A DNA stretch of 64,000 nucleotides from an uncultured Chloroflexia bacterium. GTDB lineage: Bacteria > Chloroflexota > Dehalococcoidia > GIF9 > UBA5629. Position 1 is the first letter of the stretch, and each line of letters opens with the position of its first letter. This document shows positions 1 to 9,714 of this stretch, piece by piece. The stretch covers positions 1,793 through 65,792 of the forward strand of contig CAVWAG010000007.1 in NCBI GenBank assembly GCA_963752975.1. Direction: 5' to 3'. Position numbers and translations under genes: made by a program. The notes under the pieces were generated by a model that saw only the letters and a list, made by a program, of their open reading frames with translations, made no database searches and had not been told where the DNA came from.

Positions 1-839
1 CAGACATTAACCTTCTCCAATTCGGCCATGGCTGCTTCGTATTGCTCCTTATTAGGCGGATTACCATGCCAGTAGGCTTTATTCTCCATAAAAGAAACAC
101 CTTTGCCCTTGATGGTGCGCGCTAAAATGACGGTCGGCTGCCCGGTCACCGTTTCGGCCTGCTCCAGCGCGTCAAGTATCTGCTTTACATCATGCCCTTC
201 TATGGATATAACGTTCCAGCGGAAGGAGCGCCACTTATCGGCAAAGGGCTCGAGCGGCATGATATCGTGCACGGCGCCATCCAGCTGGACGCCGTTGCAG
301 TCCACTATGGCGGTAACATTACCTAAATTATATTTGGCGCAGGCGTTTGCGCCCTCCCAGACGATGCCGCCCTGGCATTCCCCGTCTCCCAGCAGCGTGT
401 AGGTCCGGAACCCCTGCTGCCTCAGGCGGGCCGCCAGGGCCAGGCCGGAGGCTATGGCGATACCATGGCCGAGTATGCCGCTGGTCATATCGACGCCCGG
501 CGTTTTCAGGCGGTCGGGATGTCCCTGCAGGTGGCAATTCAGCTCCCCCCAGTGGTCGAGGTCCGCCATAGGGAAAAAGCCGCGCCTGGCCAGCGCCGAG
601 TACAGCAGTGCGGAGGCGTGACCCTTGCTCAGGATGAAACGGTCGCGGTCTTCCCAGGCCGGACGCTGCGGATCGATGCGCAATACATGGAAATACAATA
701 CCGCCATGATCTCCGCAGCCGAGAGGCAACCCCCCGGGTGCCCGGCCTGGCGCTGATAGATCATGGTCAGGCTCTGCCTGCGCAGGTAATTGGCTATCTT
801 ATTCAGTTCGGCTATGTCGCTGCCGTTATATGGTTTCAT
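1..839 (-). CDS. Transketolase, N-terminal (ThDP-binding) subunit; C-terminal end runs off the window
   Basis: The reverse frame is open from the ATG (complement of 837-839) to the window edge. It is absent from the ORF track because there is no stop in the window. My translation is MKPYNGSDIAELNKIANYLRRQSLTMIYQRQAGHPGG...LLGDGECQGGIVWEGANACAKYNLGNVTAIVDCNGVQLDG...TIKGKGVSFMENKAYWHG. This is typical of split transketolase N-subunits. Confidence 0.85.
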   Translation of the reverse strand, partial: MKPYNGSDIAELNKIANYLRRQSLTMIYQRQAGHPGGCLSAAEIMAVLYFHVLRIDPQRPAWEDRDRFILSKGHASALLYSALARRGFFPMADLDHWGELNCHLQGHPDRLKTPGVDMTSGILGHGIAIASGLALAARLRQQGFRTYTLLGDGECQGGIVWEGANACAKYNLGNVTAIVDCNGVQLDGAVHDIMPLEPFADKWRSFRWNVISIEGHDVKQILDALEQAETVTGQPTVILARTIKGKGVSFMENKAYWHGNPPNKEQYEAAMAELEKVNV

Positions 840-850
840 ACCTTACCCTT

Positions 851-1069
851 GTCATTGCGGGGACAGATTGCTTCGTCGCTATGCTCCTCGCAATGACGAA
901 AGAACTGTGCGTCATTGCGAGGCCACCGCAGTGGCCGCGGCAATCCGACCGTTGCCAGCCATAAGATTGCTTCGCTTCCTGCCACGCCTTCGGCTCGCAG
1001 CTTCGGCTCACCGCAATGACGAGACGAAACGTGCGTCATTGCGAGGAGCCCGCAGGCGACGTGGCAATC
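851..1069. repeat. Cluster of REP-like palindromic units (core GTCATTGCGAG...GGCAATC and its complement)
   Basis: Units lie at 851-897 (self-palindromic pair), 911-946, 965-1020 (inverted) and 1035-1069. The same family recurs at 8486, 9715, 10090, 11260 and 55963. ORF-track entries 790..1083, 826..1011 and 836..1081 are just translations of these repeats. Confidence 0.85.
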
Positions 1070-1077
1070 TATCCCCA

Positions 1078-2962
1078 TCATAGCCCTAGCTTATGCCTCA
1101 GCGACTGCGTTTCCCGGCACCAGTTGCCGACGTTCCATCTGCCGAAAACCCCCATGCCGCCAAGCTCATTGTCACCGTAATAAACCGGCACGTGTATCAG
1201 CGCAAGGCCATCGTAAGCATAGGCCTTATCCAAAGCTGCCGTCAATTCGTCCTTTGAACAGCCGCCTTCAATGGCCAGCACGCCTTTGACCGATGCCGCC
1301 CAGCCCACATAGTCGACCTCCACCGAATCAGAGGTGGCAAATTCATGGTTATATTGAGCTACCTGCAGGCCGGAGATGGCGGCCATGCGCCGGTTATCCA
1401 GCAGCAATATACAGCCCCTGGCGCCATGCTGGACACCGTCGATCAAGACCTGGGGGTTCATGGTGAATGAACCATCCCCTGTAAAGGCCAGGCCGTAGAA
1501 CTTCCTGCGCCCCGCCGAGGTGGCGAGCAGGGCCGATACGGCAAATCCCATGTAGCTGGCCCCGGTTTCCGTGAAGGTCCTCCCGTAGCTTTCATCCTCC
1601 ACCACCTGGAAGCCGTTGGCCTGAACATCGCCGGCATCGAAAAACTTGATGACCTCCTTTTGCGCGGCCCAATCGGCGGCGATTTTAATGGCCGCCGGCT
1701 GCGTGAGAGCCTGCTTCTTCCAGGTATTATCGTAAAGCACGGGGTGACTATAGCGCTCTGCCTTGAAGGCGCCCCACTCACGTTTCTTACCCGCGCAGGC
1801 TTTCAGCCATGCGGACGGCCCGCCCTGCGATTTCGACGGAAAACCCCGCAGCTCAGTCAGCAGCTTCAACAGGGTAAGACGGGCATCGCCGATGAGGGGC
1901 AAGCGTATCGTTATAATGCAAAGCCGCATCGATCTCACCGTTGATATTGATGACCTTTTTCACACCGGCGTAAGCCGTCCTGGAACAATCCGACTGGCAA
2001 ACGGAGCGCGAACCTATGGCTATTAATAAGTCGGCGTTCTCCATGGCATAGTTGCCGCAGAGCGTCCCCTTGGAGCCGCCCACCGTCATATTGCGGATAT
2101 GGCTATACGGGACGAGGCCGCTGGATAAAGGAGATGTAACGGCTACACCATCCGCAAGCTCGAGCAGTTCCAGTATCTCACTGGTTGCGCCTATTGCCCC
2201 GCCCCCAACACGCACCACTACGCTTTTAGCTTCTACAATCCATCCGGCGGCCTGCTTATAGTCACCTTCCGCTGCGCCCATGGCGAGATGTAAATCCGCG
2301 GGCAATTCACGCAGGTCGAACCCTTCCAGCATGTAGGGCTGCGTATTCATAGGCAACAATAGATAAAACGGGCCTGCCCGGTAGGGATGGTCTACTGTAG
2401 ATTGCCCGCGCCTCAAGGCGGTGGATACAGCTAAAGGCGTATGCAATGTATAGGCGTTGCCCATCACCGAACATAGCCTGAGAAAGAGGTCCTGTCCGGG
2501 ACGGGGTATCTGCTGCATGTTGGGTCCTTCATCCTCGGTTGTCTCATCCCCGAAGAGATACCAGATACCCAACCCGTCGGAGGCCGGCACAAGTGAAGCG
2601 GACAATGCCTGCAGCGCGCCGGGTCCGATCGACGTTACCACAGCCGACTTTTCCCCGCTTACCCAGCGCAGGGCCGCGGCCGCATGTGAAGCCTCGATCT
2701 CGTTGCGCAGGTTGATGACTTTGACCAGCCCGGCGTCCTGGTAAACGCGCAATACCTCGGCGACATCCGTGCTGCCATGGCCGAATACGGCGAAGAAGGT
2801 AGTGACATTCTGCCGCATCAGACCGAGTACAACCGCTTCAGACAGGGTGATATCCTGCCTTCCCGGTATACGGCCGCTGCTGATAGCCGCGTCCAACCCG
2901 CCGGCGCCGGCAATTAGGCCGGCCCTGGCCATGCGCTGCGTCAGGATATCTTCAAACGTCAT
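1078..2962 (-). pseudogene. IolD-like ThDP-dependent enzyme (acetolactate-synthase superfamily), frame-disrupted as assembled
   Basis: ORFs 1853..2962 (369 aa, FAVFGHGSTD...VTSIGPGALQ Pyr domain) and 1078..1938 (286 aa, GDGSFTMNPQ ThDP motif) are the N and C parts of one protein of about 630 aa. The frames join at ...HYNDT / LPLIGDARL across the G4 run at 1896-1899. Confidence 0.75.
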
Positions 2963-2996
2963 AGACTACTGTACCAATGTGGATTATACATGCTGA

Positions 2997-4475
2997 TTAA
3001 AATTTGCGTGACCATTCCTTGGGCCAGCGTTCCGCCACAACTTTTTTCTGTGTGAAGAATTCGACGGCGTCAAGCCCCTGCCCGTGCAGGTCGCCGAAGA
3101 AGCTCTCCTTCCAGCCGCTGAAGGGGAAGAAGGCCATGGGGGCGGCAATGCCGATATTGATGCCGATATTGCCGGCTTCAGCTTCATAACGGAATTTGCG
3201 CGCCGCCGGGCCGCTGTTGGTGAAAAGGCAGGCCATATTACCGTATTTGCCGCTGTTCACCAAACCGATGGCCTCGTCGATGGACTCCACGTGCATAAGT
3301 CCCAACACCGGGCCGAATATCTCGGTTACGGCGGTCCCGCTGCCGGGTTTTACGGCATCCAGGATAGTGGGACGCACAAAGCTCCCCTTCTCATAGCCTG
3401 TTATTATTGCGCCCCGGCCGTCCACTAATATTTTGACCCCCTCTTTTTTGCCCTGGCCTATCAGCTCTTCGATACGGGATTTGCTTTGCTGCGTGATAAC
3501 CGGTCCCATCTGGACCTTCTCATCCAGCCCGTACCCGACAACCCGGCTCTCAGCTATATCAACGATCCTGTCCCTGAACTCACCGCGCGCTGAGCCGACG
3601 GTAATGGCCAGCGAACCCGCCAAACAGCGCTGCCCCGCGCAGCCGAAGGCGCTGTCCGCGGTGATGCGCGCGGCCATCTCCATGTCCGCATCGGGCAAAA
3701 TGATAATGGGGTTCTTGGCCCCGCCCTGGCATTGGGCACGCTTGCCGTTGGCCGCCGACCGCCCATATATATATTTGGCTACGGGAGTCGAGCCGACAAA
3801 ACTGACGGCGCGCACCGTGGAATTATCGAGAATGGCGTCCACCGCCTCTTTGGCGCCGTTGACTAAGTTTATGACGCCGTTGGGAAACCCGGCGGCCGCG
3901 ATCAGGTGGAAGATCTTTTGCATGGTCAGCGGGACTTTCTCCGAGGGTTTGACTATATAGGTGTTGCCGCAGGCAACTGCGTACGGCAAGAACCAGAAAG
4001 GCACCATACCGGGGAAATTGAAGGGCGCAATGACGGCGCAAACCCCCACCGGCTGGCGCCACATTATCTCATCGATACCCTGGGCAATATCCTCGGAATT
4101 GTAACCCTGCATGAGGATGGGAATGCCACTGGCTACCTCTACATTTTCGATAATACGCCGGACTTCGCCGCGGGATTCATCCAGTGTCTTGCCGCACTCC
4201 ATGGTTATGCTGCGCGCCAGATCTTCAAGGACGTCCTCCAGCAGGTTCTTCAACCTGAATAAAGGCTGTATCCGCTCACCGGCAGGCGTCTTTCTCCAGG
4301 ATACAAAAGCTGCTGCGGCAGCTTCAACCGCCCGATCCACGTCGACTGCAGGCGACAGCGGCACCTTACCCATCACAGCGGCTGTAGCCGGGTTTACCAC
4401 GTCCTGGTATTTATCTGTGCTCGCCGAGCACCATTTTCCACCGGCATAATTCAGGATATCTGCATTATCGTCCAT
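2997..4475 (-). CDS. mmsA: CoA-acylating methylmalonate-semialdehyde dehydrogenase (MmsA/IolA)
   Basis: A 492-aa aldehyde dehydrogenase. The C-terminal [18 protein letters not shown] motif and overall layout are typical of MmsA. It lies adjacent to the IolD-like gene. Confidence 0.88.
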   Translation of the reverse strand: MDDNADILNYAGGKWCSASTDKYQDVVNPATAAVMGKVPLSPAVDVDRAVEAAAAAFVSWRKTPAGERIQPLFRLKNLLEDVLEDLARSITMECGKTLDESRGEVRRIIENVEVASGIPILMQGYNSEDIAQGIDEIMWRQPVGVCAVIAPFNFPGMVPFWFLPYAVACGNTYIVKPSEKVPLTMQKIFHLIAAAGFPNGVINLVNGAKEAVDAILDNSTVRAVSFVGSTPVAKYIYGRSAANGKRAQCQGGAKNPIIILPDADMEMAARITADSAFGCAGQRCLAGSLAITVGSARGEFRDRIVDIAESRVVGYGLDEKVQMGPVITQQSKSRIEELIGQGKKEGVKILVDGRGAIITGYEKGSFVRPTILDAVKPGSGTAVTEIFGPVLGLMHVESIDEAIGLVNSGKYGNMACLFTNSGPAARKFRYEAEAGNIGINIGIAAPMAFFPFSGWKESFFGDLHGQGLDAVEFFTQKKVVAERWPKEWSRKF

Positions 4476-4584
4476 ACATGGAACCTCCCGGTAACTGATT
4501 GCGCTAATTATACAATGAAGCCGTGAATAATTACCCGCGCGGGGCCGGCGTCATCAAAATTACAACCGGGTTTCGTGCGGACAT

Positions 4585-4734
4585 TCACTCCGGCTTATTG
4601 GCATCGTTGCCCGAGGTCCCGCCCTTAGTCTTCGTCCCCTCTCTCAACCCGTTTAAAATAAGCCATATGACCAGGGCCAGCACGACCGCAACAAAAACGC
4701 CGCAGATGATAACGAAAATGGCTGCAAGGTTCAT
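4585..4734 (-). CDS. Possible small membrane peptide (49 aa)
   Basis: My reverse translation is MNLAAIFVIICGVFVAVVLALVIWLILNGLREGTKTKGGTSGNDANKPE, one TM helix plus a charged tail. It is below the ORF-track size cutoff. I recognise no homolog. Confidence 0.3.
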   Translation of the reverse strand: MNLAAIFVIICGVFVAVVLALVIWLILNGLREGTKTKGGTSGNDANKPE

Positions 4735-4873
4735 AGTACTGCTCCCCAGGGAATTGCCCGTTTATTACAGGCAGTTGAATAGCCTGACTGCATATAAATA
4801 GTACAACTTACCGGTGGAGCGCTCCAAACCGCTGTATCCGCCGGTTGCTTACCCGATCGTGGCCGGGGACGCC

Positions 4874-6049
4874 TTACCTGCCGAAGGCCGGCAGCCCGGT
4901 GATATCGCTGCCAATGATCAGGGTGTGCATATCGTCGGTGCCTTCATAGGTATATACCGACTCGATATTGGCCATATGCCGGATAGGTGAATTTTCCAGT
5001 GAGATTCCGCCGGCGCCCAGTAGCTCGCGGGCGGTCCTGGCGCAGAACCGGGCAACGTTGACGTTGTTCTTCTTGGCCAGCGAGATCTGCGCCGGCCGGG
5101 CCGTGCCCAGGTCCATCAGCCTTCCCAATTGATATGAGACAAGCTGGCCTTTGGTTATCTCAATTAGCATATTGACCAGCTTCTCCTGCACTAACTGGTA
5201 TGAAGCTATGGGAGAGCCGAACTGTTTACGCTCCCTGGCATAAACCAGGGCCGCTTCATAACAGTCCATGGCGGCGCCCAGGGCGCCCCAGGAGATACCA
5301 TACCTGGCCTGGCTAAGACAGGACAGCGGTGATTTCAGCCCGGCCGAGCCGGGTAAGAGATCATCGCCCGATACTATGCAATCTGAAAAATACAGCTCGC
5401 CGACGTCCCCGGCGCGCATGGATCCTTTCTTTTCAGTGCGCTTCTGCTCAAACCCTTTGATGCCTTTTTCCAGTAGGAAGCCGCGAATACCATTATCTGT
5501 TTTGGCCCAGACGACGGCGATGTCCGCGATGGACGCCTCGCTGATCCACTGCTTGGCGCCGTTGATGACCCAGTTACCACCCTGTTTCTTAGCGGTAGTT
5601 TCCAATGAGGAGACATCCGAGCCGACGTTGGGCTCAGTCAATCCGAAGCAGCCGATCTTCTTCCCGCTGGCCAGCAGCGGCAGCCATTTTGACCGCTGTG
5701 CATCCGACCCGTATTTCCAGATGGGATACATGACCAGGCCCGATGATACGGCGATAAAGCTCCTCAGGGCGCTATCGACCCGCTCAACCTCCTGACAGAT
5801 CAGGCCGAACTCCGTATAGCTTGAACCGGCCGCGCCGTACTCCCGCGGGATAAAGGAGCCGATGATGCCCAGTTCACCCATCTTAGGCGCCAGTTTAGCC
5901 ATATCCAGAGGGCGCTCATCGCTGAACGCTTCCGCCACGTAGGGCTTTACCTCCGCCTCCATGAAATCTCTGACCGTCTGGCGGGTCATCTTCTCCTCTG
6001 CGGTCAGCAGACTGTCTATGTCGTAGTAATCGACTCCCCTGAATTTCAT
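4874..6049 (-). CDS. Acyl-CoA dehydrogenase, glutaryl-CoA dehydrogenase-like
   Basis: A 391-aa protein with ACAD motifs (GCFGLTEPNVGSD, YEGTDDMHTLIIG). Its length and N-terminal layout resemble GcdH. Confidence 0.85.
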   Translation of the reverse strand: MKFRGVDYYDIDSLLTAEEKMTRQTVRDFMEAEVKPYVAEAFSDERPLDMAKLAPKMGELGIIGSFIPREYGAAGSSYTEFGLICQEVERVDSALRSFIAVSSGLVMYPIWKYGSDAQRSKWLPLLASGKKIGCFGLTEPNVGSDVSSLETTAKKQGGNWVINGAKQWISEASIADIAVVWAKTDNGIRGFLLEKGIKGFEQKRTEKKGSMRAGDVGELYFSDCIVSGDDLLPGSAGLKSPLSCLSQARYGISWGALGAAMDCYEAALVYARERKQFGSPIASYQLVQEKLVNMLIEITKGQLVSYQLGRLMDLGTARPAQISLAKKNNVNVARFCARTARELLGAGGISLENSPIRHMANIESVYTYEGTDDMHTLIIGSDITGLPAFGR

Positions 6050-6183
6050 AATTTCTTCACTCCCCTATTAGCTTCAATAGACTATTATTTATATGGCCAT
6101 AATGTATATTATGTCAAATCGTTGGCAAAGACAAAATCTTGTGCTAAACTATTATTGTAACGACAGAGCGTTCGGTCTGTAAA

Positions 6184-6834
6184 ATGAGAAAGGTCCGTAC
6201 TTTCAGTAACGACACGGCTCTTGTAAACGAGCGCCGCAAACATATCATTAAGATTGCCACTGAACTCATTGTTAAAAAAGGCTATAACAATATCAGTACG
6301 CGTGAACTTGCCAATGCGCTGGGCATGAGCACCGGCGGCCTCTATCATTATATAGGTTCCAAGTCGGATATATTGTACCTGATTATCAATTTTACGGCCG
6401 AGCTTACCGGCCAGACGCTGGACAGGTTCGCTAAAGAATTAAAAGATGCGCAGCCTGCCGACCAGCTTAAAGAGTCCCTAAAAGTCTATTTCGAGACGGT
6501 GGATTATTACCGTGATTTTCATAATTTTGTCAATCACATAATGCTGTCCCTGCCTCTCAAGGACAGGAGGATTGTGTACGAGGCGGAAAGCAGAATAATC
6601 CAGTTTTTCGAAAGCCTGCTGAATTCCGGTATGGAGAACGGCGAATTCAGAAGGGTTGATGCCAAGATCCTGGCGCATAATATAGTGGCCGCGGCCAACG
6701 CCTGGGCCAACCGCGGCTGGTATTTGAAGAGATATTACACACTGGATAAATACACGGACGAACAGGTAGAATGCATCCTCGATCAAATCTCGGCGCCGGG
6801 TAAGGCTTCGCCACTGGCGCAAATAAGCAGGTGA
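6184..6834 (+). CDS. TetR/AcrR family transcriptional regulator
   Basis: A 216-aa protein with an N-terminal HTH (GYNNISTRELANALGMSTGGLYHYIGSK). It is divergent from the ACAD and upstream of the AbfD-like gene. Confidence 0.88.
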   Translation: MRKVRTFSNDTALVNERRKHIIKIATELIVKKGYNNISTRELANALGMSTGGLYHYIGSKSDILYLIINFTAELTGQTLDRFAKELKDAQPADQLKESLKVYFETVDYYRDFHNFVNHIMLSLPLKDRRIVYEAESRIIQFFESLLNSGMENGEFRRVDAKILAHNIVAAANAWANRGWYLKRYYTLDKYTDEQVECILDQISAPGKASPLAQISR

Positions 6835-6939
6835 ATGGGCAGTTTGAACTATCCAGTGACAGGGGGTGACAGATACAGATTAATAGCTTAATTTTGCGAT
6901 CAAACAAATACAAGATATTAAAATTTATTAGGAGGGACC

Positions 6940-8439
6940 ATGGCAATCGATAGAAAAGCAGTATCCGAGTCAGCGTTGGGCACCAAGAAAGAGTACATCA
7001 ACAGGTTGGGCAAGATGCGCCGCAACGTGTATTACGACGGCCACCTGATCGACCGCACCGATGAACTGCAGATGTGCACCATCAACACCATCGGGTCGAC
7101 TTATGACTTCGCCCAGGACCCGAAATTCAAGGACCTGGCGACGGCCAAGAGCCATATCACCGGCAAGACCATCAGCCGGTTCACCCACATCCACCAGAAC
7201 AAGGAAGACCTGCACAAGAAGCAGGACATGACGCGCGCCCTCTGCCGCGAGGTTGGCGGCTGCATACAGCGCTGCATGGGCATCGACGGCTCCAACTCCT
7301 GCAACGCCATCTCCTTCGAAGCCGACAAGCTGAACAAAGGCGCTACCGAGTATCACAAGAATTTCCTGAAATGGCTGGAGAACTTCCAGAATAAGGACCT
7401 GATCGGATGCTGCGCCCAGACGGACGTGAAGGGCGACAGGATGAAGAGGCCCGCCGAGCAGAAGGACCCCGACCTCTACCTCCATGTAGTGGAAAGGAAG
7501 AGCGACGGCATCGTGGTCAGCGGCTGCAAAGTACACAACTCTGAAGCTTCCGTGGCCGACGAGATCGTGGTCGTCCCCACCCGTGCCCTCATGCCCAATG
7601 AGAAAGACTGGGCGGTGGCCTTCGCCGTCCCCGGAGACTGGGAAGGGGTGAAGCAGGTATGCACCATTCATAATTTAAGGGAACGCAAGCATTATAAGAA
7701 GGGATTCATGCAGGGGGCAACCGATTCCTACACCATCTTCGATAAGTGCTTCATACCCTGGGAGAGGGTTTTCCTGTGCGGCGAGCAGCAGCACGGCGCG
7801 GTCGGCGCCCTGCTCTTCGCCCTCTTCCACCGCCACAGCTATTCGGGCTGCAAACCCGCCATCGGCGACGTCATGCTCGGCACCGTCGCCCTGGCTGCTG
7901 AATACAACGGCGTGCACAAGGCCAGCCATATAAGAGAGAAATTGGCTGAACTGATCATGATATCCGAGCTTGGCTATGCGGCAGGTTTCACGGCCTCCGA
8001 ACTGGGCAAACCTGAGGTGTACATGCCCGGCTATGGCTTCATGCCTTACGGCCCCGGCAGCTATATACCCAACTCCATCTACTGCAACGTCGGCCGCTGC
8101 CTGACCGGCGAAGCCGTCTACCGGGAAGCCGAGATACTCTGCGATGTTGCGGGCGGCATCCCGGCCACCTTCCCGCACGAAGGCGATTTCCTCAATCCCG
8201 ACACTGCTGAACTGCTGAAGAAATACACCATGCGCAATCCCGATATCAAGGTCGAGAATGCCATCAAACTGTGGATGCACGTCGGTGATATGATCTGCTC
8301 GGCCACCGGCGGTATCGCCCAGGTCGGCGGCTACCACGGCGGCGGCTCACCCGTTATGGAACAAATCGCTATCACAACCCAGTACGATATCCAGGAAAAG
8401 AAAGAATTGGTCAAACGGATCGCCGGCATTAAAGACTGA
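6940..8439 (+). CDS. abfD: 4-hydroxybutyryl-CoA dehydratase/vinylacetyl-CoA isomerase-like (HpaB-fold family)
   Basis: A 499-aa protein. The CIQRC (Cys-x3-Cys) and FHRHSYSGC motifs match my recollection of the [4Fe-4S] ligand positions of AbfD. A strong RBS (AGGAGG) lies upstream. Confidence 0.78.
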   Translation: MAIDRKAVSESALGTKKEYINRLGKMRRNVYYDGHLIDRTDELQMCTINTIGSTYDFAQDPKFKDLATAKSHITGKTISRFTHIHQNKEDLHKKQDMTRALCREVGGCIQRCMGIDGSNSCNAISFEADKLNKGATEYHKNFLKWLENFQNKDLIGCCAQTDVKGDRMKRPAEQKDPDLYLHVVERKSDGIVVSGCKVHNSEASVADEIVVVPTRALMPNEKDWAVAFAVPGDWEGVKQVCTIHNLRERKHYKKGFMQGATDSYTIFDKCFIPWERVFLCGEQQHGAVGALLFALFHRHSYSGCKPAIGDVMLGTVALAAEYNGVHKASHIREKLAELIMISELGYAAGFTASELGKPEVYMPGYGFMPYGPGSYIPNSIYCNVGRCLTGEAVYREAEILCDVAGGIPATFPHEGDFLNPDTAELLKKYTMRNPDIKVENAIKLWMHVGDMICSATGGIAQVGGYHGGGSPVMEQIAITTQYDIQEKKELVKRIAGIKD

Positions 8440-8449
8440 GTATGTAAAA

Positions 8450-8481
8450 GGCCCCGCCTCACCGGAGGCGGGGCCTTTTTT
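8450..8481 (+). terminator. Rho-independent terminator after the AbfD-like gene
   Basis: Stem GGCCCCGCCTC (8450-8460), loop ACCG, stem GAGGCGGGGCC (8465-8475), then T6 (8476-8481). Confidence 0.85.
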
Positions 8482-8485
8482 ACCT

Positions 8486-8614
8486 GTCATTGCGAGGCCG
8501 CCACAGCGGCCGCGGCAATCCAGTCCTCACGCGTCATTGCGAGGCCGCCACAGCGGCCGCGGCAATCCTTCCACCATGCAAAGATTGCTTCGTCGCCTGC
8601 GGGCTTCTCGCAAT
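8486..8614. repeat. REP-like unit cluster (two direct 36-bp units plus one inverted unit)
   Basis: GTCATTGCGAGGCCGCCACAGCGGCCGCGGCAATCC occurs at 8486-8521 and again at 8533-8568. The inverted unit GATTGCTTCGTCGCCTGCGGGCTTCTCGCAAT lies at 8583-8614 and is interrupted by the IS. Confidence 0.85.
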
Positions 8615-9714
8615 GGGCATATTACTCAAAAAAAGTTGCTAGAAATTTTCATAACGAGTAAATTTTGAGAGTATTTTTTTTAAAATGGAATCGTTTTAGT
8701 GTCAATCATTCAACCGTTTCAATGATTGAGGTAATTAGAATGCATAAAAAAATGCCCCCGGTGTGGATCAGAGGGTATTAAACTCTATGGAACAGACGCA
8801 TTACAAAAGCAGCGATTTCAGTGTTTGCACTGTCATAGGACATTTATCTGGAAAGCGAAGCACAATAGCATTGCACGACGTCAGCATTGGTTTAGATTGT
8901 GGATAAAGGAGAGTTGTTCTGTTAGGTTACTTTGCAAACTCTCAGGTTATAGCACGAACAAACTCAATAGAATAATAAATTACTGGCTAGGACAAATACC
9001 GAAAGAGCGTATTAATTACGAGGAAATCCTTTATGTTATTTATGATGCTACCTACTTTCACAAGGATGGATGCATGCTAAATCTCATGAATGCAACAAAT
9101 CAAAAGATAATTGCACATACCTATGTTCGTAAAGAGAGCTTCAGGGATTCGTATAATTGGTTTATGAACTTGAAGCGCCAGGGATTGGACCCTGTATTTG
9201 TTACAACGGATGGTGAACGATCAATCATACGTGCCATGAAACTCGTTTGGCCGAACGTAAAACTCCAAAGGTGTTTATATCACTTGCAACGTGAAGGAAT
9301 GCGCTGGTTGAGAACATATCCCAAAACCGAGGCAGGTAGAGAATTACGCAACATTATTTCAAAACTCAGCAGGATCAAGACCGTTCAGGAACGAGATACT
9401 TGGGTCAGTATATATGATAACTGGATTAAAAAATACGGGAGTTTTGTCCTGTCTCTGCCTCATACAACCATTGCTTATAAGGATCTTCAACGCACCGTGG
9501 TACTACTAAACAACGCCTTGTCAGATATGTTCCATTACCTTGTCAATAGCAACGTACACGCTACAACCAATGCACTGGAAGGGTTTCATTCGCGGCTTAA
9601 GGCAGACTATCGTCGCCATAGAGGTTTAACAAAGGAACACAGAATTCAATATATTCGTTGGTACTGTTATTACCAAAATGCGTCAAATTAGCAACTTTTT
9701 TGAGTAATATACCC
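8615..9714 (+). mobile_element. IS element copy 1 (about 1.1 kb, single DDE transposase)
   Basis: Terminal inverted repeats of about 27 bp: GGGCATATTACTCAAAAAAAGTTGCTA (8615-8641) and the complement of TAGCAACTTTTTTGAGTAATATACCC (9689-9714). It is flanked by the direct 5-bp repeat GCAAT (8610-8614 and 9715-9719). A second copy is inverted at 10159-11259. Confidence 0.85.
8825..9691 (+). CDS. DDE transposase (IS1/IS1595/ISL3-like features; family unassigned)
   Basis: A 288-aa ORF from TTG. Candidate D-D-E residues are in VIYDATYF, VTTDGERS and TNALEGFHSRLK. The same frame is open upstream to 8735 and encodes a Zn-ribbon (KKCPRCGSEG...QRFQCLHCHRTF) with no in-frame start. The ATG at 8740 is out of frame across an A7 run (8746-8752). 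Confidence 0.8.
   Translation: MHCHRTFIWKAKHNSIARRQHWFRLWIKESCSVRLLCKLSGYSTNKLNRIINYWLGQIPKERINYEEILYVIYDATYFHKDGCMLNLMNATNQKIIAHTYVRKESFRDSYNWFMNLKRQGLDPVFVTTDGERSIIRAMKLVWPNVKLQRCLYHLQREGMRWLRTYPKTEAGRELRNIISKLSRIKTVQERDTWVSIYDNWIKKYGSFVLSLPHTTIAYKDLQRTVVLLNNALSDMFHYLVNSNVHATTNALEGFHSRLKADYRRHRGLTKEHRIQYIRWYCYYQNASN

Noticed and set aside
465-896. Long ORFs on the strand opposite to well-supported genes. Examples are 465..896, 3433..3960, 5268..5795, 6970..7671, 7675..8337, 18278..19165, 36277..37077, 49855..50781, 51968..52837 and 52389..53144.
   Set aside because: Each lies entirely inside a gene with clear family motifs on the other strand. Their translations are low-complexity (Arg/Ala/Gly/Pro-rich) with no recognisable motifs. 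They are typical shadow ORFs of moderately GC-rich coding DNA.
6100-6183. An imperfect palindrome ACAGAGCGTTCGGTCTGT just upstream of tetR, considered as a TetR operator.
   Set aside because: Only 5/6 arm positions match, and it is a single occurrence that I could not corroborate upstream of the AbfD-like gene. It is left unannotated.
8486-8568. Two perfect 36-bp direct repeats separated by 11 bp, considered as a possible CRISPR fragment.
   Set aside because: There are only two copies, and the 11-bp spacing is far too short for a spacer. The units belong to the dispersed GTCATTGCGAG...GGCAATC palindromic family seen at five other loci. No cas genes are present.
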